Positions 7,338 through 15,127 of a stretch of DNA of 24,000 nt are shown here, in pieces. Position numbers and translations under genes: made by a program. The notes under the pieces are model-generated. The model made no database searches and was not told the DNA's origin. It saw only the letters and a program-made list of their open reading frames with translations. Source of the DNA: Actinomycetota bacterium. Lineage in GTDB: Bacteria > Actinomycetota > Actinomycetes > BP-191. The stretch lies in NCBI GenBank assembly GCA_040005895.1, contig JBDTYE010000005.1, positions 1 to 24,000 on the forward strand, in the 5' to 3' direction. The stretch's first letter is position 1. Every line of letters begins with the position of its first letter.

Positions 7338-8465
7338 ATGCGTTTCGTCGACGAGTTCCGCGACCCCGAACTCGCGCAGGTCCTGAGCCGTGAGATCACT
7401 GCGCTGTGTGAGCCTGGGCGGCACTACAAGGTGATGGAGGTCTGCGGCGGGCATACCCACACCATCTACCGGTACGGAGTGCAGGATCACCTGCCGGACA
7501 ACATCGAACTGGTGCACGGCCCGGGTTGCCCGGTCTGCGTGATCCCGATGGGCCGGGTCGACGACGGCATTGCGATCGCCGAGCACGACGGCGTGATCCT
7601 CACCTGCTTCGGCGACATGATGCGCGTGCCCGGCGGCCGAGGATCGTTCCTCGACTCCAACGCCCGCGGCACGGACATCAGGATGGTGTATTCACCGCTC
7701 GACGCCCTGCGGATCGCGCGCGCCAACCCGGATCGTCAGGTCGTGTTCTACGCCATCGGCTTCGAGACGACCGCTCCCTCGACTGCGCTCACGGTGCTGC
7801 GGGCCGCGGCCGACGGCATCGAAAACTTCTCGGTGTTCTGCAACCACGTCACTATCATCCCGGCCATCAAGGCGATCCTCGACTCACCCGACCTGCGGCT
7901 CGACGCCTTCATCGGCCCTGGGCACGTCTCGACGGTTATCGGCTGCCGGCCCTACGAGTGGATCCCGCGTGACTTCGGCATGCCGCTGGTGTGCGCCGGC
8001 TTCGAGCCGCTGGACCTGCTGCAGTCGGTCTACATGATCATGAAGCAGTTCGCCGAGGGTCGCGCCGAGGTCGAGAATCAGTACGCCCGGGTGGTGCACT
8101 ACGACGGCAACCCGGTGGCCCTCAAGGTTCTTGCCGACGTTTTCGCCCTGCGGCCCTTCTTCGAATGGCGCGGGCTCGGCTCGATCGCCCACTCCGCGTT
8201 GCAGCTCGCGCCGAAATACGCGAAGTACGACGCCGAACTGCGCTTCGAGCTGCCGGGCGTCCGGGTCGCCGACCCGAAGGCCTGCCAGTGCGGCGAAGTC
8301 CTCAAGGGCGTGCTCAAGCCGTGGGAGTGCAAGGTGTTCGGAACGGCGTGCACACCCGAGACGCCGATCGGCACCTGCATGGTCTCCTCCGAAGGGGCGT
8401 GCGCGGCCTACTACAACTACGGGCAGTACGCGAAGCAGCGGCTCACCCTCGAGGTGCTGCAATGA
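7338..8465 (+). CDS. hypD: Hydrogenase maturation protein HypD
   Basis: Motifs CGGHTH, GPGCPVCV, GFETT and PGHVS are present. ATG 7338 is preceded by AGGAG. The track ORF start at 7200 overlaps the upstream gene. Confidence 0.95.
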   Translation: MRFVDEFRDPELAQVLSREITALCEPGRHYKVMEVCGGHTHTIYRYGVQDHLPDNIELVHGPGCPVCVIPMGRVDDGIAIAEHDGVILTCFGDMMRVPGGRGSFLDSNARGTDIRMVYSPLDALRIARANPDRQVVFYAIGFETTAPSTALTVLRAAADGIENFSVFCNHVTIIPAIKAILDSPDLRLDAFIGPGHVSTVIGCRPYEWIPRDFGMPLVCAGFEPLDLLQSVYMIMKQFAEGRAEVENQYARVVHYDGNPVALKVLADVFALRPFFEWRGLGSIAHSALQLAPKYAKYDAELRFELPGVRVADPKACQCGEVLKGVLKPWECKVFGTACTPETPIGTCMVSSEGACAAYYNYGQYAKQRLTLEVLQ

Positions 8466-9544
8466 GCCGAGCAGTCACCGAGAGCGAGGTGGGCGAGCGG
8501 ATCGAGGCGATGCGCCGCCAGCCGCAGCGGTTCCGCGACGAGCGGATCACGATGGCGCACGGGGCGGGCGGGAAGGCGAGCCGCGCGCTCGTCGAGGGGC
8601 TCGTCGTACCGCTGCTGTCGAATCCTGCTCTCGAGGAGCTTTCCGACGCCGCGATGCTGTCGATCGGCAGTGCCCGGGTGGCGTTCACGACGGACGCCTT
8701 CGTTGTCCGGCCGATCCGGTTTCCCGGCGGGTCGATCGGCGAACTGGCCGTCAACGGCACCGTCAACGACCTCGCTGTCTCCGGCGCCAGGCCGATCGCG
8801 CTGTCTGCGGCGCTGGTGCTGGAGGAGGGCTTGACCGCCGCGGTTCTCGAGGCAGAGATCACTGCGATGGCGGACGCGGCTCGAGCCGTCGACGTACCAG
8901 TCGTGACCGGCGACACGAAGGTGGTCGAGCGCGGGAAATGCGACTCCCTCTACATCGTCACGACGGGTGTCGGACTGGTTGACGAACGTGCCGCGCTCTC
9001 ACCCAGGAACGTGCGTCCAGGCGACAAAGTGCTGGTCTCCGGGACCATCGGCGACCACGGGATCGCGATCCTGATCGCACGTGGTGACCTCGACCTCGAT
9101 GCCGACGTTCGCAGCGACACACAGCCGCTGTGGTCGCTGGTCTGCGCTCTGCTCGGCGTCTGCGGTCACGGACTGCACTGTGTGCGCGACGCGACCAGGG
9201 GCGGCGTCGCGACCGTGCTGAACGAGATCGCCCTCGCGGCCGAGGCGGGCGTCGTACTCGAGGAGAGCCGGCTGCCGGTGCGGCCCGAGGTGGCCGGCGC
9301 CGGCGAGATTCTCGGCATCGATCCGCTGTGGGTCGCCAACGAGGGCAAGCTCGTCGCGTTCATCGCCCCGGAGTACGCCGACGCGGCGCTCGAGGCGGCC
9401 CGCGCCCTGCCCGCGGGCCGGGACGCCGCCATCGTCGGGGAAGTCCGCGACGAGCCGCGAGGTCGGGTCCTCGGCCGGACCGGCTTCGGCGGCCACCGCA
9501 TGATCGACATGCTGGTCGGCGACCCGCTGCCGCGGATCTGCTGA
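8462..9544 (+). CDS. hypE: Hydrogenase maturation carbamoyl dehydratase HypE
   Basis: ATG 8462 overlaps the hypD stop (ATGA). AIR-synthase-like fold sequence (MAHGAGGKAS...) and the diagnostic C-terminal PRIC. Confidence 0.95.
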   Translation: MSRAVTESEVGERIEAMRRQPQRFRDERITMAHGAGGKASRALVEGLVVPLLSNPALEELSDAAMLSIGSARVAFTTDAFVVRPIRFPGGSIGELAVNGTVNDLAVSGARPIALSAALVLEEGLTAAVLEAEITAMADAARAVDVPVVTGDTKVVERGKCDSLYIVTTGVGLVDERAALSPRNVRPGDKVLVSGTIGDHGIAILIARGDLDLDADVRSDTQPLWSLVCALLGVCGHGLHCVRDATRGGVATVLNEIALAAEAGVVLEESRLPVRPEVAGAGEILGIDPLWVANEGKLVAFIAPEYADAALEAARALPAGRDAAIVGEVRDEPRGRVLGRTGFGGHRMIDMLVGDPLPRIC

Positions 9545-9578
9545 AAACTGGTGACCCGCGAGGAGAGAAGGTAGGCGA

Positions 9579-9764
9579 ATGAGCGAGAGCGACGAGAGTG
9601 CGCCCGTCTTGGAGGAGCCGCAGGAGGAACGAGGCGAACCTGGCGCACGGGACGAGGGCGGCGCCCCGGGCGCCGGACCGTCCGGCCGTGAAGCGGGTGA
9701 CCCGCATTCCGGCGACCACACGACGATCGACTCGCAGCAGACGTCGCAGGACGATGTGAAGTAG
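9579..9764 (+). CDS. Small acidic, low-complexity hypothetical protein (61 aa)
   Basis: ATG 9579 follows purine-rich AGGAGAGAAGGTAGG. Hand-counted GC3 is about 80 percent. The sequence MSESDESAPVLEEPQEERGEPGARDEGG... is probably disordered. There is no terminator between hypE and this ORF. Confidence 0.5.
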   Translation: MSESDESAPVLEEPQEERGEPGARDEGGAPGAGPSGREAGDPHSGDHTTIDSQQTSQDDVK

Positions 9765-9770
9765 TCGTGG

Positions 9771-9786
9771 CCGGGGGCGACCCCGG
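9771..9786. terminator. Short GC hairpin between convergent genes (possible bidirectional terminator)
   Basis: CCGGGG (9771-9776), GCGA loop, CCCCGG (9781-9786). It lies in the 28-nt gap between stop 9764 (+) and stop 9793 (-). There is no U-tract. Confidence 0.3.
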
Positions 9787-9792
9787 GTCCAA

Positions 9793-11052
9793 TCAGGTGG
9801 CGAGGGCTGCCCGGGTTGCTTCCCAGAGCACGTGGTAGAGCGTCGTCTGCACCTCCTGCACGCGGTGCACCGAGGCGGACGGAACCGCGAACAGATGCGC
9901 GAGGCTGGCCATCTCGGCCATCCGGCCGCCGCCGTAGCCGGCCAGGCCGACGGTTATGAGACCGGCCTGGGAGCCCTCTTCGATCGCCGCCAGGACATTC
10001 GGCGAGCCGCCGCTCGTCGACAGGGCGACCGCGATGTCGCCCGGCCGGCCGAACGCACGCAGCTGGCGGGCGAAGACGACGTCGAAGCCGACGTCGTTCG
10101 TCAGAGCCGTGACCACGGCAACGTCGTTGGTGAGGCTCAGTGCCGGCAGCGGATCGGCCGGGGGCGGGGGATCGATGAACGTATGCGCCAGATCCTGCGC
10201 GTCCGTGCTGCTTCCGCCATTGCCGAAGGAGAACAACGTCGCTCCCGCGGAGAAGGCCTTGGACAGTTGCGCCGCGCATTCGGCCAGGGCGGCCGAGTGG
10301 GCGACGGCGACCTCCTGCCGTAGCCCCAGAACCTCCGCAATCTTCTGCCGCGCCGACTCCGCAGCGGCTTCGAGTACGGGGCGGTCGGGGCCGCCGCCGT
10401 ACAGGAACGGGTAGAGCGACTCCACGCCGCCAGCGGACCGCTGCGTGTCGTCGGCCTCGGGCGATTCGAAGAAGACGTGCACGAGCTCCCAAAGCAGGTG
10501 GTACGCCGTGACGTGGCACTCCTTCACCGTGAGGGGATCGTCGCTGCGGACCACAAGAACGTGGTCGGCCTCGCCCTCGCCGGCAATCTCGCCGCCGTCG
10601 CCGCCGACGAGGGCGATCGTCAAGAGCCCGGCGGCCCGGGCGGCGCGCAGGCCGGCCCGCACGTTGGCGCACCGTCCGTCTCTGGAGAGGCCGAGGGCGA
10701 TGTCGTCCGATCGTCCGAGTACGCCGATCTGGTGCGAGTAAACGCTGTCGAGGCCGCCCCTCGCGGCGACGCCCATGAGCGTCGCCACATCGCTGGCGAG
10801 GGAGATCGCCGGAAGGGCGCGCTTGCCGACTATCACCGGGTGCACGAACTCGACCGCGATGTGCTGCGCGTCGGTGGTGCCGGCGCCGTTGCCGAACACG
10901 AGCAGCCGGCCGCCGCGCGTGAACTGCTCTGCCATCGCGCGACACGCAAGAGCCAGCGACGTCACGTCGTCGACCATCGCGAGGACTGGACCTACCCGGC
11001 GCTCGAAGGCAGCGGCGATGACGTCGGGCACGGACGCGTTGACTTTCGTCAA
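9793..11052 (-). CDS. Tandem SIS-domain protein (two GmhA/phosphoheptose-isomerase-like sugar-phosphate-binding domains)
   Basis: Two copies of the SIS pattern. The N-terminal half has LVFGNGAGTTDAQHIAVEF...LGLSRDGRCANV...LVGGDGGEI. The C-terminal half has FSFGNGGSSTDAQDLAHTF...ALSTSGGSPNVL...LAGYGGGRM. TTG start at 11052 with GGGGAGA 5 nt upstream. Confidence 0.85.
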   Translation of the reverse strand: MTKVNASVPDVIAAAFERRVGPVLAMVDDVTSLALACRAMAEQFTRGGRLLVFGNGAGTTDAQHIAVEFVHPVIVGKRALPAISLASDVATLMGVAARGGLDSVYSHQIGVLGRSDDIALGLSRDGRCANVRAGLRAARAAGLLTIALVGGDGGEIAGEGEADHVLVVRSDDPLTVKECHVTAYHLLWELVHVFFESPEADDTQRSAGGVESLYPFLYGGGPDRPVLEAAAESARQKIAEVLGLRQEVAVAHSAALAECAAQLSKAFSAGATLFSFGNGGSSTDAQDLAHTFIDPPPPADPLPALSLTNDVAVVTALTNDVGFDVVFARQLRAFGRPGDIAVALSTSGGSPNVLAAIEEGSQAGLITVGLAGYGGGRMAEMASLAHLFAVPSASVHRVQEVQTTLYHVLWEATRAALAT

Positions 11053-11230
11053 AATGGTCTCCCCAAGGGCGGTGACGTGACTCCGACGCTACGCGCCCGG
11101 CCCCGCCGAAGTGAATATCGCGGGCCGCATCGTACGAGGCCACCATGCGGCGTACGCTCGCGCTGGAGAGACGGCTACGCGTGCAATGCCCACGAGTAGT
11201 GGGGCTCTCACTTGCTGGCGAGGAGCCGTC
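11053..11230. promoter_or_regulatory. Divergent intergenic/promoter region between the SIS gene and the c-di-GMP gene
   Basis: Divergent gene starts require promoters here. GC3 in the downstream gene frame is only about 60 percent before 11231. CGTACG palindromes occur at 11131-11136 and 11151-11156 (20-bp spacing). No sigma-factor boxes could be called confidently. Confidence 0.4.
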
Positions 11231-13471
11231 GTGGGCGGATCTTCCGGCACCGACCCTGACGTGCGCCGGCCCGTCGAACCTCCGCTCGAACGGAGCTGGG
11301 AGTCCGGACCGGCACTGAGCACGCTGCCGGTCGCAACGGTGACCGTCGAAGGTGTCATTTCGCGGGCGAACCATGCCTTCGCGGCGCTGTTGGGACGGAC
11401 CGAGGAAGAGCTGACCGGCGTCGCCCTGCGCGCCGTTCTGCAAGCAGTTGACGGGGCGAGCGCGGACAAGGCGGATGCGTTGTTCGGAGCAACCGAAACG
11501 GATATGGCCGTCGCCGAGCGGCGGCACGTGCGAGCCGACGGCAGCACCACGCATGTGCAGGCGTTCACCACTGTCGTCCGGGATGACGATCGACGTCCGG
11601 TGCATCTGCTCGTCACCCTTGCCGACGTCACCGAGCAGCGACGGCTGGCCGAGGATTTCGCGGCGCAGGTGGCGGTGCTGGAAAGGATCGCCCGGCGCGA
11701 GCGGCTGGATCGGGTGCTGGATGGACTGTGCAGGTCGATCGAGGAACGGGCGCCGGGCACCATCTGCACCGTGCTGCTCCTCAACCGGGACGGCCGGACG
11801 ATCCGGCACGGTGCGGCGCCGAGTCTGCCCGAGGAGTTCCTCCTGGCGATTGAAGGAGCGCAGATCGGTCCGGCGGCAGGGTCCTGCGGGACCGCGATGT
11901 TCACCGCGACAGAGTTGGTGGTGGAGGACGTCTCGGTCCACCCGTACTGGCGGGACTACCAGTCGCTCGCCGTGCCCTTCGGCCTGCGCGCCTGCTGGGC
12001 GACGCCGTTGGTCAGCACCGACACGAGGCTCGTCGGCAGCCGGGTTCTGGGCAGCTTCGCGGTCTACTGGCGCCAGCCGCACCGGCCGACCGAATACGAG
12101 CGGCATCTCGTGAGCCGGATCGCGGACATCACTGTTATTGCAATCGAGCGTGAGCTGGCGGAACAGGCCCTCACCGATGCGAGCCGCAGGGATGCCCTGA
12201 CCGGTTTGCCGAACCGGACACTGTTCCTGCGCCGCCTCGCGGAGGCCCTCAGCCTCGCTGGTCAGGACAACCCGAAGGTCGCTGTTCTTTATCTCGATCT
12301 CGACCATTTCAAGTTGGTCAACGACGTCTTCGGCCACGAGCTCGGCGATCAGCTGTTGCGCGCCGTCGGAGCTCGATTGCAGAAAGTTGTTCGTCCGCAG
12401 GACACACCGGCCAGGATTGGCGGCGACGAGTTCGCGATCCTCTGCGAGAACGTGTCAGATCTGGCGGCGGCGCAGGTGCTCGCCGAACGGGCGCGGGCTG
12501 TGCTCGATGGCCCGTTCCGGTTCGCCGGACTTGAGGTGTTCGCGACCGCGAGCGTCGGAGTCTCGGTGGGCTCGGCGTCGGCGCGGCCCGAGCGCCTGGT
12601 CGAGGATGCCGATGCCGCGATGTACCGCGCCAAGGCCCGCGGCCGCGCGCGGGTCGAGTTGTACGACGACGACTTGCGGTCCCGTGCTCGTGACCGGCTG
12701 CGGATCGAGACGGCGTTGCGACACGGGCTCGACCGGTCCGAGTTCGCGCTGCACTACCAGCCGGTGATCGACCTGGTAACCGGCCGACTGGCGGCGTACG
12801 AGGCGTTGTTGCGCTGGACCTCCGCCGACCTGGGAAGCGTGCCGCCGGCGACGTTCATCCCGGTCGCCGAGGAGACCGGAATGATCGTCGGCATCGGCGA
12901 ATGGGTGATCACCGAGGCCTGCCGGCAGCAAGCCTTGTGGGGCAGCCGTGACGGAATCGCACCGGTCATCGCGATCAATGTCTCGCCGCGACAGTTGTCC
13001 GATCCGGGGTTCCTCGGCCTGATCACCTCAGCCGTTGCGGCTCATGACATGTCGATGGATGCGATCCTGCTCGAGATCACCGAGACGGCGCTCGCCGATC
13101 CAGTCTCTGACAGCGATGTACTCGCAGTGCTGTCAGAGCTCGGCGCCCGCCTCTCGGTCGACGACTTCGGAACCGGTCACAGCTCGCTTGCACGGTTGAG
13201 GGGCCTCGCGGTCAATGAGCTGAAGATCGACAGGTCCTTCATAGACGGGCTCGGGGTCGAGGCGGATGACAGTGCGATCGTGTCGGCGATCATTCGGATG
13301 GCGGGTGAGCTGAGTCTGGACGTCGTCGCGGAGGGTGTGGAGACGCGCGCCCAGTTGAGCGAACTGCAGCGGCTCGGTTGCTTGCGCGCGCAGGGTTTCC
13401 TGTTCGCCCACCCGGCGGCAGCCAGGGCATTCGACGACCTGCCGCCCGACCGCAACTGGCTGCCCGATTGA
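11231..13471 (+). CDS. PAS-GAF-GGDEF-EAL c-di-GMP turnover protein
   Basis: GGDEF at 12419-12433 with RxxD I-site (RPQD, 12392-12403) five residues upstream. The EAL domain has the full residue set: YEALLRW (12800-12808), INVSPRQL, EITE, DDFGTGHSSL, KIDRSF, EGVE, QGF. PAS and GAF segments lie upstream. The start is uncertain: GTG 11231 has GAGGAG 5 nt upstream, and 11111 and 11186 are in-frame alternatives. Confidence 0.9.
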   Translation: MGGSSGTDPDVRRPVEPPLERSWESGPALSTLPVATVTVEGVISRANHAFAALLGRTEEELTGVALRAVLQAVDGASADKADALFGATETDMAVAERRHVRADGSTTHVQAFTTVVRDDDRRPVHLLVTLADVTEQRRLAEDFAAQVAVLERIARRERLDRVLDGLCRSIEERAPGTICTVLLLNRDGRTIRHGAAPSLPEEFLLAIEGAQIGPAAGSCGTAMFTATELVVEDVSVHPYWRDYQSLAVPFGLRACWATPLVSTDTRLVGSRVLGSFAVYWRQPHRPTEYERHLVSRIADITVIAIERELAEQALTDASRRDALTGLPNRTLFLRRLAEALSLAGQDNPKVAVLYLDLDHFKLVNDVFGHELGDQLLRAVGARLQKVVRPQDTPARIGGDEFAILCENVSDLAAAQVLAERARAVLDGPFRFAGLEVFATASVGVSVGSASARPERLVEDADAAMYRAKARGRARVELYDDDLRSRARDRLRIETALRHGLDRSEFALHYQPVIDLVTGRLAAYEALLRWTSADLGSVPPATFIPVAEETGMIVGIGEWVITEACRQQALWGSRDGIAPVIAINVSPRQLSDPGFLGLITSAVAAHDMSMDAILLEITETALADPVSDSDVLAVLSELGARLSVDDFGTGHSSLARLRGLAVNELKIDRSFIDGLGVEADDSAIVSAIIRMAGELSLDVVAEGVETRAQLSELQRLGCLRAQGFLFAHPAAARAFDDLPPDRNWLPD

Positions 13472-13549
13472 TCCGGAGCGGCGCAGCGGCAGGCGGGCCG
13501 GATAGCGTGGTCAGCGGTCGCAGCTATCTGTGGCTCGACGGAGGAAACT

Positions 13550-14740
13550 GTGTATACGCTCGTGAATCCGGTCAAGGACTACCCGTGGGGCTCACTCGAG
13601 GCGATTCCGCGACTGCTCGGCGTCGCTCCCACTGGCGGCCCGCAGGCCGAGTTGTGGATCGGGGCCCATCCGGCGGGTCCGTCGCGAGCCATCACAGCCA
13701 CCGGCGAGCAATCGCTGCGTGACGTCATCTCGGCCGACCCGAAGGCAGCGCTGGGCGACCGGGTCGCCGGCCGCTTCGGCCCCGAACTGCCGTTCCTGTT
13801 GAAGGTGCTCTCGGCAGTCAAGCCGCTGTCGCTGCAGGTGCACCCGAGCAAGGAGCAAGCGAAGAAGGGGTACGCCGATGAGGAGGCCGCAGGCATCCCC
13901 CTCGACGCGCCCACCCGCAACTTCAAGGACCGCAACCACAAACCAGAACTGCTCTTCGCGCTCACTCCCTTCGAGGCCTTGAGCGGCTTCAAGCCGGTCG
14001 CCGAGTCAGCAGCCTTGCTGCGGCTCTTGCAGCTGCGGGCCGGCCCTGGCGGCGTACTCGATGACCTCCTTGGCGATCTCGGCTCGGGCGCCGGGAACGC
14101 GGGCCTGCGGGCCGCGGCCGAACGCCTGCTGACACTCGATGAGGCGACCGTCGAGAGCACTGTCGCCAGTGTCGTCGTCGCATGCGGAGGCCTCGACGAC
14201 CCGGCCGCCGACATCGCGGTCGAACTCAACCGCGTGTTCCCCAATGACCCGGGCGTGGTCCTTGCGCTGTTACTGAACCGCATCACGCTGGCCCCCGGCG
14301 ATGCCATCTACCTGCCGGCCGGAAACCTGCACGCCTACCTGCGCGGCACGGGCATCGAGCTGATGGCTGCGTCGGACAACGTGTTGCGTGGAGGGCTGAC
14401 GGACAAGCACATCGACGTAGCGCAACTGTTGGCGATCGTCGACTTCACTTCCGGCCCACCGATGCGCGTACAGCCGATCGAAGCTGCCGGGAGGAGGGAC
14501 TTCGGCGTACCCGTGGACGACTTCGCGCTCTCGATCCTGGACGTCGACAAGGGCCGGGAGGTCCGCTGGGACGACGACCTGCCTCGGACGGCCATCGTGC
14601 TCGAAGGAAGCCTGGAATTGGCCGGACGCGCAGGAGCTGTTCAGCTCGGGCCGGGCGGGTCGGTCTTCGTCGCGGCCGCCGATTCCCCGGTAGTGATCAC
14701 CGGTGTCGGCCGTCTCGCGGTCGCCTCCCCGGGTACCTAG
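13550..14740 (+). CDS. manA: Mannose-6-phosphate isomerase, class I
   Basis: NPVKDYPWGS, ELWIGAHP, LPFLLKVLSA..PLSLQVHP, NHKPELLFALTPFEAL and PAGNLHAYL match the type I PMI zinc/active-site pattern. GTG start with GGAGGA upstream. Confidence 0.9.
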   Translation: MYTLVNPVKDYPWGSLEAIPRLLGVAPTGGPQAELWIGAHPAGPSRAITATGEQSLRDVISADPKAALGDRVAGRFGPELPFLLKVLSAVKPLSLQVHPSKEQAKKGYADEEAAGIPLDAPTRNFKDRNHKPELLFALTPFEALSGFKPVAESAALLRLLQLRAGPGGVLDDLLGDLGSGAGNAGLRAAAERLLTLDEATVESTVASVVVACGGLDDPAADIAVELNRVFPNDPGVVLALLLNRITLAPGDAIYLPAGNLHAYLRGTGIELMAASDNVLRGGLTDKHIDVAQLLAIVDFTSGPPMRVQPIEAAGRRDFGVPVDDFALSILDVDKGREVRWDDDLPRTAIVLEGSLELAGRAGAVQLGPGGSVFVAAADSPVVITGVGRLAVASPGT

Positions 14741-14886
14741 TCCTCCATCCCGGCCGGCAGCGGTGCACTAAGCCGGGACGCGCCGCAGCGGCCGCACAAG
14801 ATACGGCATTGTCCCGATGTGGCAGGGGTCCTCAGACGCGCAGGCTCGAGTCATCTCAAAGAGAGCCAGCGCACGAGGAGGCCGAA

Positions 14887-15051
14887 ATGTTCATCCGCGA
14901 ATACGTGCTCGCCGAGGTCGCCAACCGGACCCAGCAATTGACCGACGACTACCGGGCGGCCAACCGTCCCAGGAAGCGCCGGTTGCCCCTCCGTCTGCCG
15001 TCACGGCCGGGTGGGCACCGCGTCAGGGCGCGCGCGCTCGCCAGTGACTGA
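14887..15051 (+). CDS. Small hypothetical protein (54 aa): helical N-terminus, Arg-rich tail
   Basis: GAGGAGG at 14875-14881 lies 5 nt upstream of ATG 14887. High GC3. The translation is MFIREYVLAEVANRTQQLTDDYRAANRPRKRRLPLRLPSRPGGHRVRARALASD. I recognise no homology. Confidence 0.5.
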   Translation: MFIREYVLAEVANRTQQLTDDYRAANRPRKRRLPLRLPSRPGGHRVRARALASD

Positions 15052-15127
15052 CGTCGGAGCGCTCGACACCGAGCTGCTGGACGGATCGCGATGGAAACAG
15101 CGGGGACAGTTGTCGGTGCCAGCCGCG

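Noticed and set aside
8999-12337. 1112-aa ORF on the minus strand, the longest but one in the track
   Set aside because: The translation is low-complexity Arg/Pro/Gly/Ala-rich, typical of off-frame reading of high-GC DNA. It runs antisense to or out of frame with hypE, the SIS gene and the GGDEF-EAL gene, all of which carry unmistakable family motifs.
13501-13528. GATAGC...GCTATC inverted repeat upstream of manA, as an operator
   Set aside because: Only 6 bp per arm with a non-pairing 16-nt spacer, which is too weak to call.
14748-14778. 7-bp inverted repeat TCCCGGC/GCCGGGA just after the manA stop, as an intrinsic terminator
   Set aside because: The loop is 17 nt, there is no U-tract and the stem is short. 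It is not distinguishable from chance GC-rich complementarity.
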